Below the pieces are notes generated by a model. That model searched no databases. It worked only from the letters and a program-made list of their open reading frames with translations, and was not told where the DNA came from. A stretch of 63,997 nt of DNA, counting the filler, from Streblomastix strix (taxonomy: Eukaryota), in NCBI GenBank assembly GCA_008636045.1. It is 3 parts of 3 records of this genome, joined end to end, with 100 filler letters (N's around TTAATTAATTAA, not from the genome) between each part and the next. Parts side by side here need not be neighbours in the genome. Positions count along the whole stretch, not along the records: positions 1 to 22,253 come from SNRW01000331.1; 2 more parts are not named here. One strand, written 5' to 3'. The stretch's first letter is position 1, and each line of letters starts with the position of its first letter. Of the stretch, positions 1 through 14,349 are shown piece after piece. The position numbers and the translations under genes are program-made.

Positions 1-120
1 AAGTGAAAAAGATTTAGAAGATAAAAGTGATTCAGAAAGTGAAGAAGAAGAATAAATAAGTGAAGATGATGATGAAGAAAAATAAAATAAGAATGATTAA
101 AAATTATTGAAGATGAAAGA
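1..120 (+). CDS. Partial acidic (E/D-rich) coding fragment running in from the window edge
   Basis: Frame from base 2 reads SEKDLEDKSDSESEEEEQISEDDDEEKQ with TAA as Gln; end not resolved. Confidence 0.35.
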
Positions 121-2881
121 TTACTTAATTTTTCATCATCATTTTCATCAAATTCATTTTCATCTTTATTAAATTCATCTTCATCTTTATTTATTAAATA
201 AAATCCATCTTCATTTTATTATTACTCTTCATTATCATCATTCTCCCTATAATTAATCTAATATTTCTTTCTTTAATTCTTTTTCCTCTTCTTTTTCTTA
301 ATAAATATCTGTCCTTATTCCAATCTCTATTCTTATCCATGTTAAATGTCATCATTTTCATCATCATTTTATACCTCTTAAATATTATCTTATTTTTATT
401 AATAATATTCTTCTTCATATTCGTAATCACTTTCTTCATATTCAATCCCTTCTTCATCTTCAACATCTTCTTCATCACTTATAGGTTCATCTTCATCATC
501 TTCATCTTCATCAAGAATTTCATTCTACTCTAATTTACTCATGTAAATGGCTTCTATATGATCTATACTCCTAATTATTGGTATTCCATTTAGTATTCGA
601 TGATAATTAAATAGAGTATTATTTATATTATTATTTGCTACATATCTATTAATTATATTATTATCATCTAAGTTGAATGAATAGATATTTATGTTTGATT
701 ATTAATTAGAAGAAGATAAAGTTGATGATTAAGAAGAAATTGAATTTGGTGTAATAGATCGAGATGATGGTGAATTAAATTGAGAAATAACATTAGTATT
801 ATTAGAATTTGAATCATTGATATTATTAGGAATAAATCCATTATCAAAAATACTGTTATTAATGAATGAGAATTAAATATGAGGATATTATGAATATTAA
901 GATGATACTGTTGATTCATATAAAACTTCTTTTGATTTATCTTTCATATTAATGTTACTATTAAAATTATTAAAATAAATCATCTTCTCTATAAGTTATC
1001 TAAAGTGAAATGAAGGTAGAATTGATAATGATTAATTGTTATTCATATTATAACCATTTTGATCAAATTAATCATCGTCTTTTTCATTTATGTTCATATT
1101 ATTCATATTAAAATATATCAATCTTTATCCTCTTCTCACTTAATCAAAATTCACTATTTTTTATTCTGTTTATTATTATAAATAATAATTATTATAATTA
1201 AAGTTATTTATATAATTATTAATAATGTTAATATTATTGATACTCCCGTTAATTATATTTAACATTTAAATTCCCACTTTATTCCATCTATAAATTTGAT
1301 TAATATCAGTAATTTAATTTTATTTATTAATATTTGTGCTATAATTGTTAATAAATTATGATTATATTAATTGGTTAGTATTTATTAGAGAAGAAATTTA
1401 TGTGATAAGTTTTTGTATATTTTGTATTTATTATTGAATCTGAAGTGTTTATGATGGTGAATATTGTTGTTATTATTGTTATGATTAATTTTATGATTAT
1501 GATTATTTATAAGGATGTAAATAGTTTTATTCATTATTAATTATTAATTATTATAATTATTATTATAATTGATATAAATTCTTATCTTCTTTGTCCTTAT
1601 CTTTTATATTTATATTACCACTCATTTTTTCTCTCATATTTATTATTTGTTTTATTTTTAATTTATCTTCTCCTGAATAAATGCTCATATTTGTATTAAA
1701 TTTATTAATATACTGTTAATTATTTAATATCTATTAGTTGAAGCTATTATGAGGCCATATTGTATTTGTATATGGAAGATATGGAGATTAGAAGTGTAAT
1801 ATGAAATGCGAATTGAGTGTGAATGAAGGTAACTAATAAATGGCTTATATGGATTAGTCATATGAAGGAGTAATATTATGAATATTATTATGATTATGAT
1901 TATATTATTATACATTATCATTCATTATAAGAGGAGGATGAATTGGATTCAGATTAAATTATTGGAGATAAAATGATGGAAGTGATGCAAATGACATTTA
2001 TGACTATGAAAGTGTTTAGGAAGATGTCATTTGCTTATTTGATTATTATTACATTTAAAAGTTTTATTTATCATATAATAACTTCTCTTTAATTTATTTC
2101 TCTATATATTATAATGAAACAATAGGTTGAATGATATTGAATTACTTGACATGCTATTTTGGATATTAATATGATTAAGTAAAAGATGGTTATTATTAGC
2201 TTTATTATAACAATTATTATACATTTGAATTATATGATTAGATAATAGAATTGTTGTTTAATGAAGAAATGGAGAAAGTAGGAAGATTGAAATCGGGTGG
2301 AGGGGCAAATGATGACATTCTGATAAAGAATATGAAATAAACAAATAATTTAATTAATTAATTAAATTCATAGTTTATTTTGAATAAAATATAATTAAAA
2401 CTTTAATGAAATGTATTTATATTAATAACTATATTTAAATAATAATATTTTTGTCATACAATGCATCACTCAAATATGGAAATGGACCACTAACTGAAGG
2501 ATAAGGAAATGGATTATATTAAGTAATTATAATTTGACCAGATGAAGATAAAGTGATAATGTGTGGTTGTAATAAAAGATATTGAAATTATTATTATATA
2601 TAGGATTATTAATGTGACTATGTTTGATTTTCTTGATAAGAAAATTATTAATTTGTTTGAAATGGTGTTGAATAAGCGAAGAATTCTCCACCAAGGAGTC
2701 GTAAGGTGAAAAGACGCTTGTTTTTCTGTTGTATGTAAGCATATATAATCTGACAAAATACATCAATGGCTTCCGAACATTTTCCCATTGATCTTATTTT
2801 CGAATATATAACCTAAAGCTTAGAAGTTTAGGACAACAGGCGAGCTTTTTCAATTTCAAGGGCTAAAGCAGCCGAATTCAT
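120..2881 (-). CDS. Hypothetical Q/N/S-rich low-complexity protein with acidic C-terminus (at least one intron, ~2320-2461)
   Basis: ATG at 2881: MNSAALALEIEKARLLSQTSKLQVIYSKIRSMGKCSEAIDVFCQ; frame stays open over the stretches translated when TAR=Gln; GT..AG intron keeps the frame; 3' end not resolved. Confidence 0.6.
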
Positions 2882-3774
2882 TCTTCAATAAAGACTAAAT
2901 AAAAAAATGAAAAAGATAAATTGTATGTATATAATATGAATTTTTAAATTGTAATATAATTCATTGTTGTGGCAAGAATTAGAAGGAAAAATGAGTTAAT
3001 TATTTTCTAGTTTATAGTATTAAATTTTTATAAATTAAAAATGTTGATTATATTTCAAAAAACAAATAATTTTTATTCACATTTGAAAACTGATATAAAA
3101 ATTATCAATAGCAGAGCTTTTCACACATCAATTCTAAGAGGTGTTTCTCCATATTCAGTCATTGGTAATATAAAAATTCTATTTAATATTTATGTTAATT
3201 TTTAAAATGAGTATTTAATACTAAAATAATTATTTTCTTCTTGTTTTCTACAGTAGTTTATAGAATACTGCCAAATGGTTCCATTAATCAATTAATACTA
3301 TCAAAAATAAATTTGATAAGAAAGTAATAAAGTGATCCTAAAAATAGTTACAATGATTAAAAAAAATAGTAATGATAAATGATAAATTAAAAAAAACTTA
3401 AAATTGCATAAAAATAAAATAAATCGCAAAGGCAAAATGAGTGACAAATAGTGATTAGATAGAAAAATGACATTACTATGACATCAATTTATTTCATTAT
3501 GATGGTAAATATTTTGCAATAATGGATTTTGGATAAAGATGGAGAATTCAAAATAATAGCAAAAAGATCTAAAAAAATGGTAAATGTATGAAGTCAAAAA
3601 TCATATGAGAGTAAAAATAAGACAAGAATAAATATGAAAAATGACAATAAAATAATAAACAGATAATAATCAAAAATTAAAAATTAAAAATATAAAAAAA
3701 TGGTGCTATGAAAAAACTTATTAAATAAAATGATACGAGCATTATTAAATATTCACAAGACAAATTAACGTATA

Positions 3775-6700
3775 TCAACATTTCATCGTTTTTACAATAT
3801 CTGCATTTGCTACTTTCCATGAAGGCCAAGCAGATGCCAACGTAGAAATCAATATCGCCATTAAAAATGCAATAAGGACGACTTCCCAAGGAAAAACTAG
3901 TTGGATTGGAATTCCCTTAAGCATGCCAATCTATGATGCGAGTATATATCCCAAAACTAATCCAACGATTATTCCCATCACTGCAGCTGTTATCACAAGA
4001 ATAAAGGCTTCTTCTACATATATGCGTACTAACTGAAACCTCTATAAACCTAATGCTCTCATAATTCCTATTTCTTTCGATTATTCCATAACATTTGTAG
4101 ACATTGAAGCTAAGAGCGAAAAAAAGCATAGAAACATCACTAATATCGTAATTAATATAAATGTTACATTAACCAATGACAATATATTGGGTACATTTCT
4201 TTTATCCCAACAAATGCTCCACAATTTCCATCCATTTGTATTTGCATTCTTATTTATGGCTTTGATTTCTTTCTTTATGTATTTGTCCAGATAATTGTGT
4301 AATTTCCATTCTCTCTTAATTCTCATTTATTTAGGCATTTTCATTCTTTTATTTGTATGTTTATTGATTGATGAATTTTATTTATTATGTAAATTTGAAT
4401 CTTTTGTTGTATTTATCTAATTATAATTATTTTGATATTCATTGAACTATTGTGTTTGTGTTATATTGAGTGAAATGTTTGATTTGTATTTTTCATTAGA
4501 AGTTGCAAGTTTATTATAATTTTATTCTTTCAATTATTCTTTTTCATCTTTCTCACAAATTCTCTCTTTATCTTCATCTTCTGATTCTGTTTCTTCTTCT
4601 TCTTCTTCTTCTTACCCATAATATTCTTCTTATCCTTCTTTCCTCAAGTCTATGAATACATCATTCCATTTCAATTAATCATAATCTTGTTCTCCATCTG
4701 GAAATAGTGAAAGATAAGCTGGAATTGAGAGAGGTGCTTCAGCTGGACTTCCAACAGTCATTGATTCTGGTGGGTTCCCAAAGAATGGTTATGCTTTCAT
4801 AAATGCTTATACACTAACATTGAGTCTCTTTGTTTGTTCATTAGTCTGTTATTAATCTGATTATATTTGGTTTCCTTCTAATAATCCATTTAGTTGACTA
4901 TTAGTCAGAGTGAATATATTCTATTATGTTACTGGTATCAATGAAATGATCATATTCTATCCTGCTTACCCATCAATATCATTCTTAAAGCCGTTACTCA
5001 ATACAGTTGAGAAAGATTTTGCTCGATGCGTGTAGAGCTGTTTAATTGGATATAAACCATTTCCATGTTTGCCTAATTTCCTTTTCTCAGATGTTTATTG
5101 AATATCTAAGTTTATATGTCTAACATGATCCATAAATGAAGACGTAACTCCAATTAATTGATGGTTATATGAATGTGACCTTCCAACATTTTCTATTCTA
5201 CTTCTAATTGCATATGGATATGCCTATTCTAATGTGTGAGTAGCCCAGTTGAAATATTCAACTATATCAAAATAATTCTGTCTAATTATTCTTTCAAGAT
5301 CTTCTGGATGTCTGATGTACATCTTAATTGATTAATACTAAGAAGCAGAACCTGCAACAGATGAAGTCTGACCCTTTTCAGTTATCTGCGCATGAAAATC
5401 AGCTCCATTCCTGTTAATATATATATATATTAAAAAATAATCATGAAGTATATATATTATACCTATGATAGTTTCTGTCAACAACGAACTATACAAGCAC
5501 TTTAAGCATAACATTTATGAAGACTATGAATGAAAGTGATATTGAGAACTAAAGAGTAGCTTTCCTATTTCTGAGTCTGTGAACTACCAGATTCTTCACA
5601 GACAAAGTTCTGACTATTCGATTCTCCCAAAATAAGAACACCGTTGACATCAGCTTCTCAAATGCGAACTCGAAATTGACTGTAAAGATAACAAGGCCAA
5701 TTAGTATCATAAATAGTAATGCAAACAACACTATTGCAAATATTGTCGTATTCCCTGATATCAGAGAATATGGAAGCATTATATATATTCCAGTTCCAAT
5801 ACTGATCAGAATTATCCCAGATATTAAGAAAGACCAAGGTTTCTTCAGTTCATCTGCTCGTTCAATCTGAAGGACTATAAGCTTTGTCTTTATATGCTAT
5901 ACATCAATCGAGTCATGCAAGTTCTATGATAGTGCAGATCTAATTGGGAATATTGATGCTATTATTGTTATTGCAAGTGATACCAGTATCGATATTACAA
6001 ATGAAAGTGCTGGTATTCCTTTTGATAAAGGAACCATTGATATGTCTTCAATCTTGTACATTATTATTACGTTAATTATCTCAGCAAAAACAATTCCTAA
6101 TATAATTCCAGGAACTGCATAGAGGAGTGCTTATGTAATCAAAAGACCAACAAGTCCAATTCGATCCAATCCAATCATCCTTAATATTCCTAATTCAAAT
6201 GTCCTAGTATCCACTTGTATCATTAATAGTGAGTATATCAGAATAATTGATATGCCACATAGGAGAGTTATTATTATTAATGATATTAGTTGGAGAAGCA
6301 TTGTGAATTAATTGTTTTCTTCAAAACTGTTGATAAGATTTGTGCTTGATTGCAACTAATCAAATTTAAGTGCATACAGGATTGGTGACGACCATTTAAT
6401 TAATTATCTGAAGAAAAATATTAAAAAAATGACTTAATAAAACTAAAATAATTAATTAGAGGTACAGTTAGAAAAAAATAAATATTAAACAATGTCTATG
6501 TTGATATATAATTTAATAATGGTGTTAATTATAATGCAAACTTCCTTATTTCAGTTGTGCTATACGTTAAATAAACATCTGTTCTTGGATTAGGTAATGC
6601 AAAGATTGCACTTTGAGCATAATCATATAAAGGACTCTTATATTTAGATCTTTATTTCATTTCATCTTCTTAAGTCCATTCTTTTATAGGTAGAAGATAT

Positions 6701-8431
6701 TGTAAATCATATGGGAAAGCTGTTTCAACAATCTAATTATATAGAAGAATTGCAATCAAAAATATTAAACATATAATAAAAACATACATATTACCAGAAA
6801 TACTCATATTCTACATACATATTCCTGGCACTGCCTGCTTTTCCCATCGTATCATGGGATATCTATAAACATAATATAATATAATATAATACATATTCAT
6901 TATATTTATTATTTTAATAAAATAATACTTAATATGGAAACATATTTATAAATATTATCAGTTATGTTATTAAATATTGATATTATTTCATACATCAATA
7001 ACTTTCATTGAAACTTCTTATTAGCTACATTTTTAAAAACTGTGTAAAAAATAAAATTTATTTATTCGAAGATCAAAATGAATAAAAATAAAATATAAAA
7101 TAAAATAATAAAAAATGAATTAATGAATATTCAATTATTTCATATAATTTAAAGAAAAGATATATATTTTTTAATATAATTAAAATAATAAAATGAATAC
7201 ATACTCTATTTTATTCATTACATTTGGAAGTTGTTAGTTTATAGAATTAATTTTTGACAATTTTTCTGTTTCGCTCAACAATTTAGATGATTGTGATAAA
7301 GTCATTTTTGTTAGTCCTTTTACAATCATATCTGGAATGATTGAGCAAAAGTTGCTTATATTGAATATAAATAAAATGCTATCACCAATCTTAACCTAAA
7401 AAATATAAATAAATAAATAAATATTAATTTATATAAAAACAAACAAAAAAATATTTATTGAAATTTTAAATAATTATGTTAAACTTTCAAAGAACTTGCC
7501 AGATCTTATGTAATGATTGCAGCTCCTGCAGGAATGGGCTCAGTATAAACCCATTCTCTTCCAATTCCTAATTCGCGCTGATATAATAATATTATTTTAT
7601 TAAAGAAAGAATTAATAAATATTACAGTATTAAATTCATTCAAATAATACCTCTCGTTATGAATCTAAAATTGTGAGAGTGAACCCTTTATCATTACTGA
7701 TTTATTAAATAATATAAAAATGCTAATTAAATTTTAATAAGAAAATAGTAAAATTAATACGATGTGTATGTTTACACTACAATCCTTGGAGAAAACCTGT
7801 TGTACTTCAAAATTAAGATTATTAAAAATAATATAATATTAATAAAATCATACATTATCACCAATTTGAGATAATATTTCATCTATTTTTGTAGAATTTA
7901 TTCCACGTTTTTATGTTTACGAACTGGATACTAATTCCATATCAACTTAACCACTAGCTTGCTCAGCCATCATGAATGAAATGACTGGGAATTTTTGAGT
8001 AATGGAAATGACTACAGAAATAACAGTCACTACAAGGAGAATACTATAAAAAAATAAGCTTAAAATTAAATAATAATAATAATATTTGAAGTTCTTCACC
8101 TCGAAAATCCCCAGATAAATGAGCATAATCTATTATTTGTCTCTCTCAAGCTTTACATTACAAAGAATAAAACTTATGAAAGAATTTGTTTAGAAATACT
8201 CAATTCAATCGGTTTTAGCTCTTATTCCTAATTACAAAAATTACAAAAGTTGATTCCAAGCAAAAATAATTAGAGAATGCAAACATTTTGAACATCATTT
8301 TCCTATTATTCGATAAGTGGGTGAACTTTTGTGTTTTTCACTACAGGAAAAAGAAAATTATAAACAAAATATGCAAAAAAATATTCATTAAACAAAAAAA
8401 TAAAAATAAAAAATATACTCAATATTTACAT
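3775..8431 (-). CDS. FtsX/MacB-like (ABC3) permease family protein with two FtsX-type domains, multi-exon
   Basis: ILIYSLLMIQVDTRTFELGILRMIGLDRIGLVGLLITQALLYAVPG (~6120-6250) and MSTNVMEQSKEIGIMRALGLQRFQLVRIYVEEAFIL (~4000-4100); TGA at 3775-3777; short first exon with ATG at 8431. Confidence 0.88.
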
Positions 8432-9089
8432 TTAAAAAGTATATTATTTTTATAAAATTGGACGAATTAATTTTTCTATATTAAATTGTAATCATAATGA
8501 TTAAATTTACTTATAGTTAATGTAGAAAACTGATTATTTTTAGAAATATGCATTTGTTTGCTCAGTATGAAAGATAATTCCATTATTTTCTATTCAATTA
8601 AATAGAATTAAAATTTATAGTAAAATTTAATAATTTACATAGAAATACTAACTTTGCTCCTATAGAAAAAGAATTTAAATAAAATTTAAAGGATTGAAAA
8701 GAAAATAAATCTTCAAAATATAACTTTGACACTCAGTTTAAAGAAGATATTTTAAATTTATAACTATAATCTTTCTGAGCACCAGTTTAATAGATGATGG
8801 CATAGTAACCCAACAAAATAAAATTACCAGCACATGGTTTTAGTTTTAACCCAAATTAATTCAAATAATAAAAAATCTGATTGTCTTACTCCATCTGAAC
8901 TAAGAATATGTTAATGAATAAATTATTTTTTGTTAGTATAATGTAATTAATATAAAAAATATAATTATTAATGTTTTGAAATTAAATCAATCACATTATT
9001 AGAAAAAGCATATTAATTTAAATAAAATACATTACCTTTGAGCATGAGAGTCAATTGTACTATTTTACATCTCTAAACCCTTATGAAAG

Positions 9090-9560
9090 ACGTAGGACAG
9101 GCAGATCATAGAAGAAATTTGATTGAATTTATGATGATTTAGTATAATTGAAATTAAATTATTCGTGTGTGTATTATAATTTTATCGAATGGCTCCGCGT
9201 TGGAGTAAAATAGTTAAATAGGCCATTTTCTCACCAATTTCACCCAAAATTTGATTGTAGAGGTTGGATGGACGTAACCAGAAAGAAATTTGTTGTAATT
9301 CATAGTTAAACTTATTTATCATAATACATTTATTTGTGTGAGTATAATTATTTCTACTAGAGAGTCTGTGATTGAGTCGAAGTTCCAATTTTTGCTAAAA
9401 ATCTCATGAGAGCGGTTGGCTAGACAAAATATGAAAGAAACGGATTTCATTTCATATTGAAATTTAGTTTGTACATTCTACTTATTTGTGTGTGCATCAT
9501 GATTTAAATAATAGTTTTAGTATTATGGTGGAAAAGTTATTTGGGCAATTTTCTCATCCA
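9090..9560. repeat. Degenerate ~150-170 bp tandem repeat, about 3 units
   Basis: TTATT(C/T)GTGTG(T/A)G at 9159, 9330 and 9482, each preceded by a G-rich ...AAGAAA block. Confidence 0.45.
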
Positions 9561-9869
9561 TGTCTCAATTTTAGAAGAGTAACATTTCTATTTTATTAAT
9601 ATAGATAAAATTTTGAAATAAAATTGAAATTTTAATTATTTTGAAGTTGAAAAAATAATTACTGCTTATATCTATTTATTTTTAAATTAAATTTTAATTA
9701 CTTTATTCAATTCAAACATGGAAACTTCTTAATTTAATTTACGAAGAATTTGATCAAGGATCAATCAATATATAAATTTAATAGACAACAAAATCTAAAT
9801 TTTTCATTCATATTTGAGCTTAGCAGTATAACAATGGATAGTAACTCATAATCATGCTGATCTGATAAA

Positions 9870-10440
9870 ATGAATAAGAATGAAATGAATACTCTTATAT
9901 TCAATAGGAAGATGGCATAAGCAGAAGAGTTCCATTAAGGTGCAAAATAAGAAATGAAAGACTAATTTGAGAATTTGACAAGTTCACATATTAACTTTAA
10001 TATTACATATCCATATTTGAAGCAGATTGTTGAATCTGAGCTGAAATTAAGTTCCTGCTATGAAGAGTTAATGGTGCAATAACAAATGAATGCAACAGTA
10101 CTTCGTAACTATGCACGTCTTATTATTTATATATTATGATGATACAGCCGCTATTATCCTACAACATGCAAAAGTGTTTGAAGAAGAGAATACACAGAGT
10201 CAGAACTACTCAAAGAGTGATAATATGGCACAAGCAACAGATCCACTTATTTTGAATGCCGATCCTGCATCATCAAATATAAACAATTATAAACCAAGAA
10301 CTAATGAAAGATTGTTTGCAGAAACTCTTGATTTACCAATAGCAATATAGAACATCAGCCAGAAATCGAGCAATAGGATGAAGAAAAGAAAGAAGAAAGA
10401 AAAAAGAAGGTCATAGTAAATAAGTAGATAGTGCAATAGC
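9870..10440 (+). pseudogene. Fragment resembling a TmcB/TmcC-like TPR-repeat region, frameshifted
   Basis: MAQAEEFHQGAKQEMKDQFENLTSS...CYEELMVQQQMNATVLRNYARL then frameshift near 10130 to IYYDDTAAIILQHAKVFEEE. Confidence 0.5.
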
Positions 10441-10689
10441 AGATCTAACTTGTGGATATGTTGAAGATAATTCATCAATTAGGATTTTAATATTGAGATT
10501 GTTAATTGTAACTCATTACATATACGTTGATGAACTTATTTTTTGTGTCATTTAATATGAAATTTAAGTCTATTGGAAAAGATAAGTGATTAAATTTGAT
10601 TTTTTATTAAAATAATTTTAAAAATTAGTATTAATAAATATATAATATAAAAGTAAAACTCATATAGCTCTTTTTTTTAATGCTTATTT

Positions 10690-11760
10690 AATCAAAATTA
10701 TCTCTCATGCTTCATGTACTGCTCTGAATCTTTTTACATTAAACTTTCTATATATTCTTCATACTCTTGTACAGAATCTGACATATCATCTTCTTCATCT
10801 GTTTCAACTTCACTGCTATCAGATTCATCTTCAGAGAAAGATTAATCACTATCACTTCCATCAAATTTATTATTATATCCTTCCAAAATTTGTAATTTTG
10901 GTTACCAAAACCTGTGTGGCTCGCCTAGCCAAGCTTCTGAAATTAGTTCAGCATCCTCATCTTTGATCTCCTCTTCTGAATTTGATATGATTGCAAGCAA
11001 CCAGTTCAGCATAGGTTACGAAAGACGGTTTCTAATAGAAGACTTAATTTGTTTCATTTCATTGAATAATCTCTCAGCTGGCACATTGGAGAGTGAGTGT
11101 ATGAGACATATTTTGCCAATATCTTAATGAAATGTAAATTCTGATATTCTTTTGATTCTACAACTATTTTGCATGTTTAAATTATATCATACATTTAAAG
11201 ATCTTTAATCAAATTCTTCGCAATTTGAAATTCATTTATTTATTTATATTCAAATTATACATTTACAAATTTCTAATTCAATAATATAATTTCATTTAAT
11301 CCATATTTGATGCGTAAATTTGGATCTGTTGGTATTTTAATTGGATTAAAGATATAGAAAGCTGATAGAATTTCATCTTTTGGAAATCAATTTACTTGAT
11401 TATTAATCTGAGGTGATTTATATGGTTCTGACCATTCAGTAATTTGTAAATCATCGTCCTCGTTAAATTAGACCAATTTTTCCTCAAAAAACTGCTAAAG
11501 TGTTCCAATTTCATTCGAAATTTAATTTTCACTTGCCATTAAAATTAGAATATCCATCAGCGCATAAATATTAGGCTATACTTCTTCAAATTATAGCCCA
11601 TTTGTTTGAAAAGTAGCTTGCTGTATGATGAAACACTACGTATAGTTGAATCTCGGTGAACTTGTAACTAATCGATTCTTATTGGATACGCTGGTTGTGT
11701 AATATATTCCCCACCAGTTGCACGCTAATATTTGCTGCATAAGAATAAAATTCATCATCT
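10690..11760 (-). pseudogene. hAT-superfamily transposase remnant (C-terminal dimerisation domain)
   Basis: GKICLIHSLSNVPAERLFNEMKQIKSSIRNRLSQPMLNWLLAI matches the hATC S..ER.F...K.IK...RNRL pattern; upstream FPKDEILSAFYIFNP...YGLNEI; internal TGA. Confidence 0.75.
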
Positions 11761-13439
11761 CTGATCAAACTTGGAATATAATGTCTTTATAATAATGTAT
11801 TTTAAATGAAAACTAAAAAATAAAAATAATTTTAAAATTCAAACTTTAGATTAATTTCTTCATATTTTTTAAATTCTAAGTTTTCCTGGATTATCAACAT
11901 ATTAAGATTTTTAATCAGAATCTTTTTTCATTTTTTTTTCTATGGTGATTCAATTTTAATGAAGTATCAATCAATAATATTAATTTTCTTTGATTATATA
12001 TTTGAGTTTATTATTTTTTCTTTTGAATTATTAAATTCGGTTCCTGATTATATTAACTTTATAACTTCAGCTTCCTTCAATACCTACAATTTCTCTATTG
12101 AATCAAGAAGCAAAATTCTTTCTCCACCTTTAAGTGCATTATCAACAGATAATTCTGATTAAAAATAATTATCGCTTTCTTTTATTCATCTTTCCTTTAT
12201 GATAATAAAATTGATTATCTATAAATAAATATCTAAAATTGTTCTTGATAATGTTGCCATTCAATATAAATTCACACTATACTTCTACAAAAATTTTAAG
12301 ATTCTGCTCAATTTCTTTCTCTGAAAGTGAATTTGGAACGTTAGGAATAAAAAATGAGTTGCATTGATGCTTCGAATCAATTTCTTTCTTCATTCTAAAT
12401 TGATATAGAATAAAAAACATAAAATTTAAAAATTCTAAAAATATATCATTATTTATTGCTTATGGTTAATTTTGCAAAAATAAAACAAAAACTTTAAATG
12501 ATTTATTTCAAACAAATAAATAATTAATATATATGAAATTTATATTTGAGTAATAAATTTATAAAATTTCTAACAAGTAATATAAATATAATAAATAATA
12601 ATAATAATAAATTATAGAGCTATTTGCTTTTAAACTATTTTTACCTTTTAATTAATATAATAATAATATTATGAAAATTTAGTAACAAATTAAAAATTTA
12701 AAAATTTAAATTTAAAATTTAGAATTGAATGTATCTATTAACTTATTAAACTTTTCCAAGATATATTTTTTCTGAGCTACAGACATTTATACTTTGATCA
12801 TTGTAAAAACTTGGAGACGGTACAAGTATTGAATTTTTTCCTTTTAAATTTTTGAAAATTGTATAAACTGAGATCATGAAAAAAATTATTTATTTTTTGA
12901 AAATTTAGAGTGGGGGCAAACCAGTCCCAAAGTGGCAGCTGCCACTCAAAATCGTACTTAAAAATATCGCTGATTATTATTGTTATTATTATTCTTCTTA
13001 TTATTATTATTCTTATTATTATTATTATTATTAAAATTATTATTATTATTATTATTTTTCTTTAAGATAAAAAAATTAATTCTTTTAAATTAGAAATAAT
13101 TTATAATTTTTTTCGTATAATTTTCTTTTTCTCAATAATTTTAATCTTAAATTATTTTATATTTTTATATTTCATTTCTTTTTGTTTTTCTCTTCAAAAA
13201 AATAAAAAATTTCTTTAAATTAAAAAAAATATATATAAATATTTTAAAATTAAATTTAATATTAATATTATTTTTATTAGAATTAATTTTTTTTTTTTCA
13301 AAAATGCTCTTTATATTTTAATTAATAAATTATTTAAAATATTAATATATCATTAAATGAAGAAAACAACTGTCATTATATATTTAAGAAAATTTCAATT
13401 TTTATTTCTATATTGTCACGCATCATAATAATTATTACT

Positions 13440-14067
13440 AAATAATATAATTGATTGGAATAACTGGAAAATAGAGTAAAAAATTCAACTTTAAATAAAA
13501 ATTAGTCCTAATAAGATAAGTTTGATTTCACAACAATTTATGATTTGTTTGCTGTAACTGTTCATAAAGGTTTATTAATATTAACTTATTAAATATATTA
13601 GTTTTCAATTAAATTGATATATATTATTATCAAATAGGTTCATTACTTTGTGGTTGTTATGAAGCATACGCATTAAAAACAACTAACCAGTACAAATTGA
13701 ACTAATTTTGAAGTTAATAAAAGAAGAAAGTATAAGAAAAAATTAACTTATTGAAATAAAACGAATAGTTACAATAAAAAGAAGATGATGATTAGTTACA
13801 ATGATAATATTTCAACGATGAGCATGTTGCACGAGTAGATAATGAATTAACTATGATCTTTAATAGTTAATAACAAATATCTTCTTCTTCTTCTTCTTCA
13901 TCATCATCATCGTAAAAATATCATTCATCAAAATCATTTAACAATTTTTCATTTCATAAATATATTTTAAACAAATAGTACTGATTTAATTTTAAGAATT
14001 CATTTTAATTCATTCATTTTTTATAGAGGATGCATACTTACTATTCTATAAGAGATAACAGTAGTGA
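13440..14067 (+). pseudogene. C-terminal fragment of a USP (peptidase C19) deubiquitinase
   Basis: TIYDLFAVTVHKG/SLLCGCYEAYALK (His box split by a GT-AG intron) and DAYLLFYKRQQQ-TGA; no Cys box found upstream. Confidence 0.7.
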
Positions 14068-14349
14068 AAGAGATAATATATAAAATTTTTGGAGGTTAAG
14101 ATTTTTCGTATAAAAATAACACCATTCGTCCACTCCAAATGATTTTTAACTTCAACGTATATTAATATTTATTAAAGCCAATTGACATAAATAATGTATA
14201 ATATTAATGATATAACATTTGTGTCAAATGTGCATCAACGCATATTGTTATTTATTATAACCAATGTATGTGAATAATGTATAAAATTAATAGGTAAAAA
14301 TTAATATTATTATCTATAATGATTATTTATTTTTTTGATTTCCTAAAAA

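Noticed and set aside
11940..12390. RRM-like fragment on the minus strand
   Set aside because: Only a weak RNP2-like resemblance with stops; not supportable
14060..14065. AGTAGT as a Polinton left terminus
   Set aside because: It coincides with the CAG TAG TGA end of the USP fragment, and the right end is missing so no TIR can be verified
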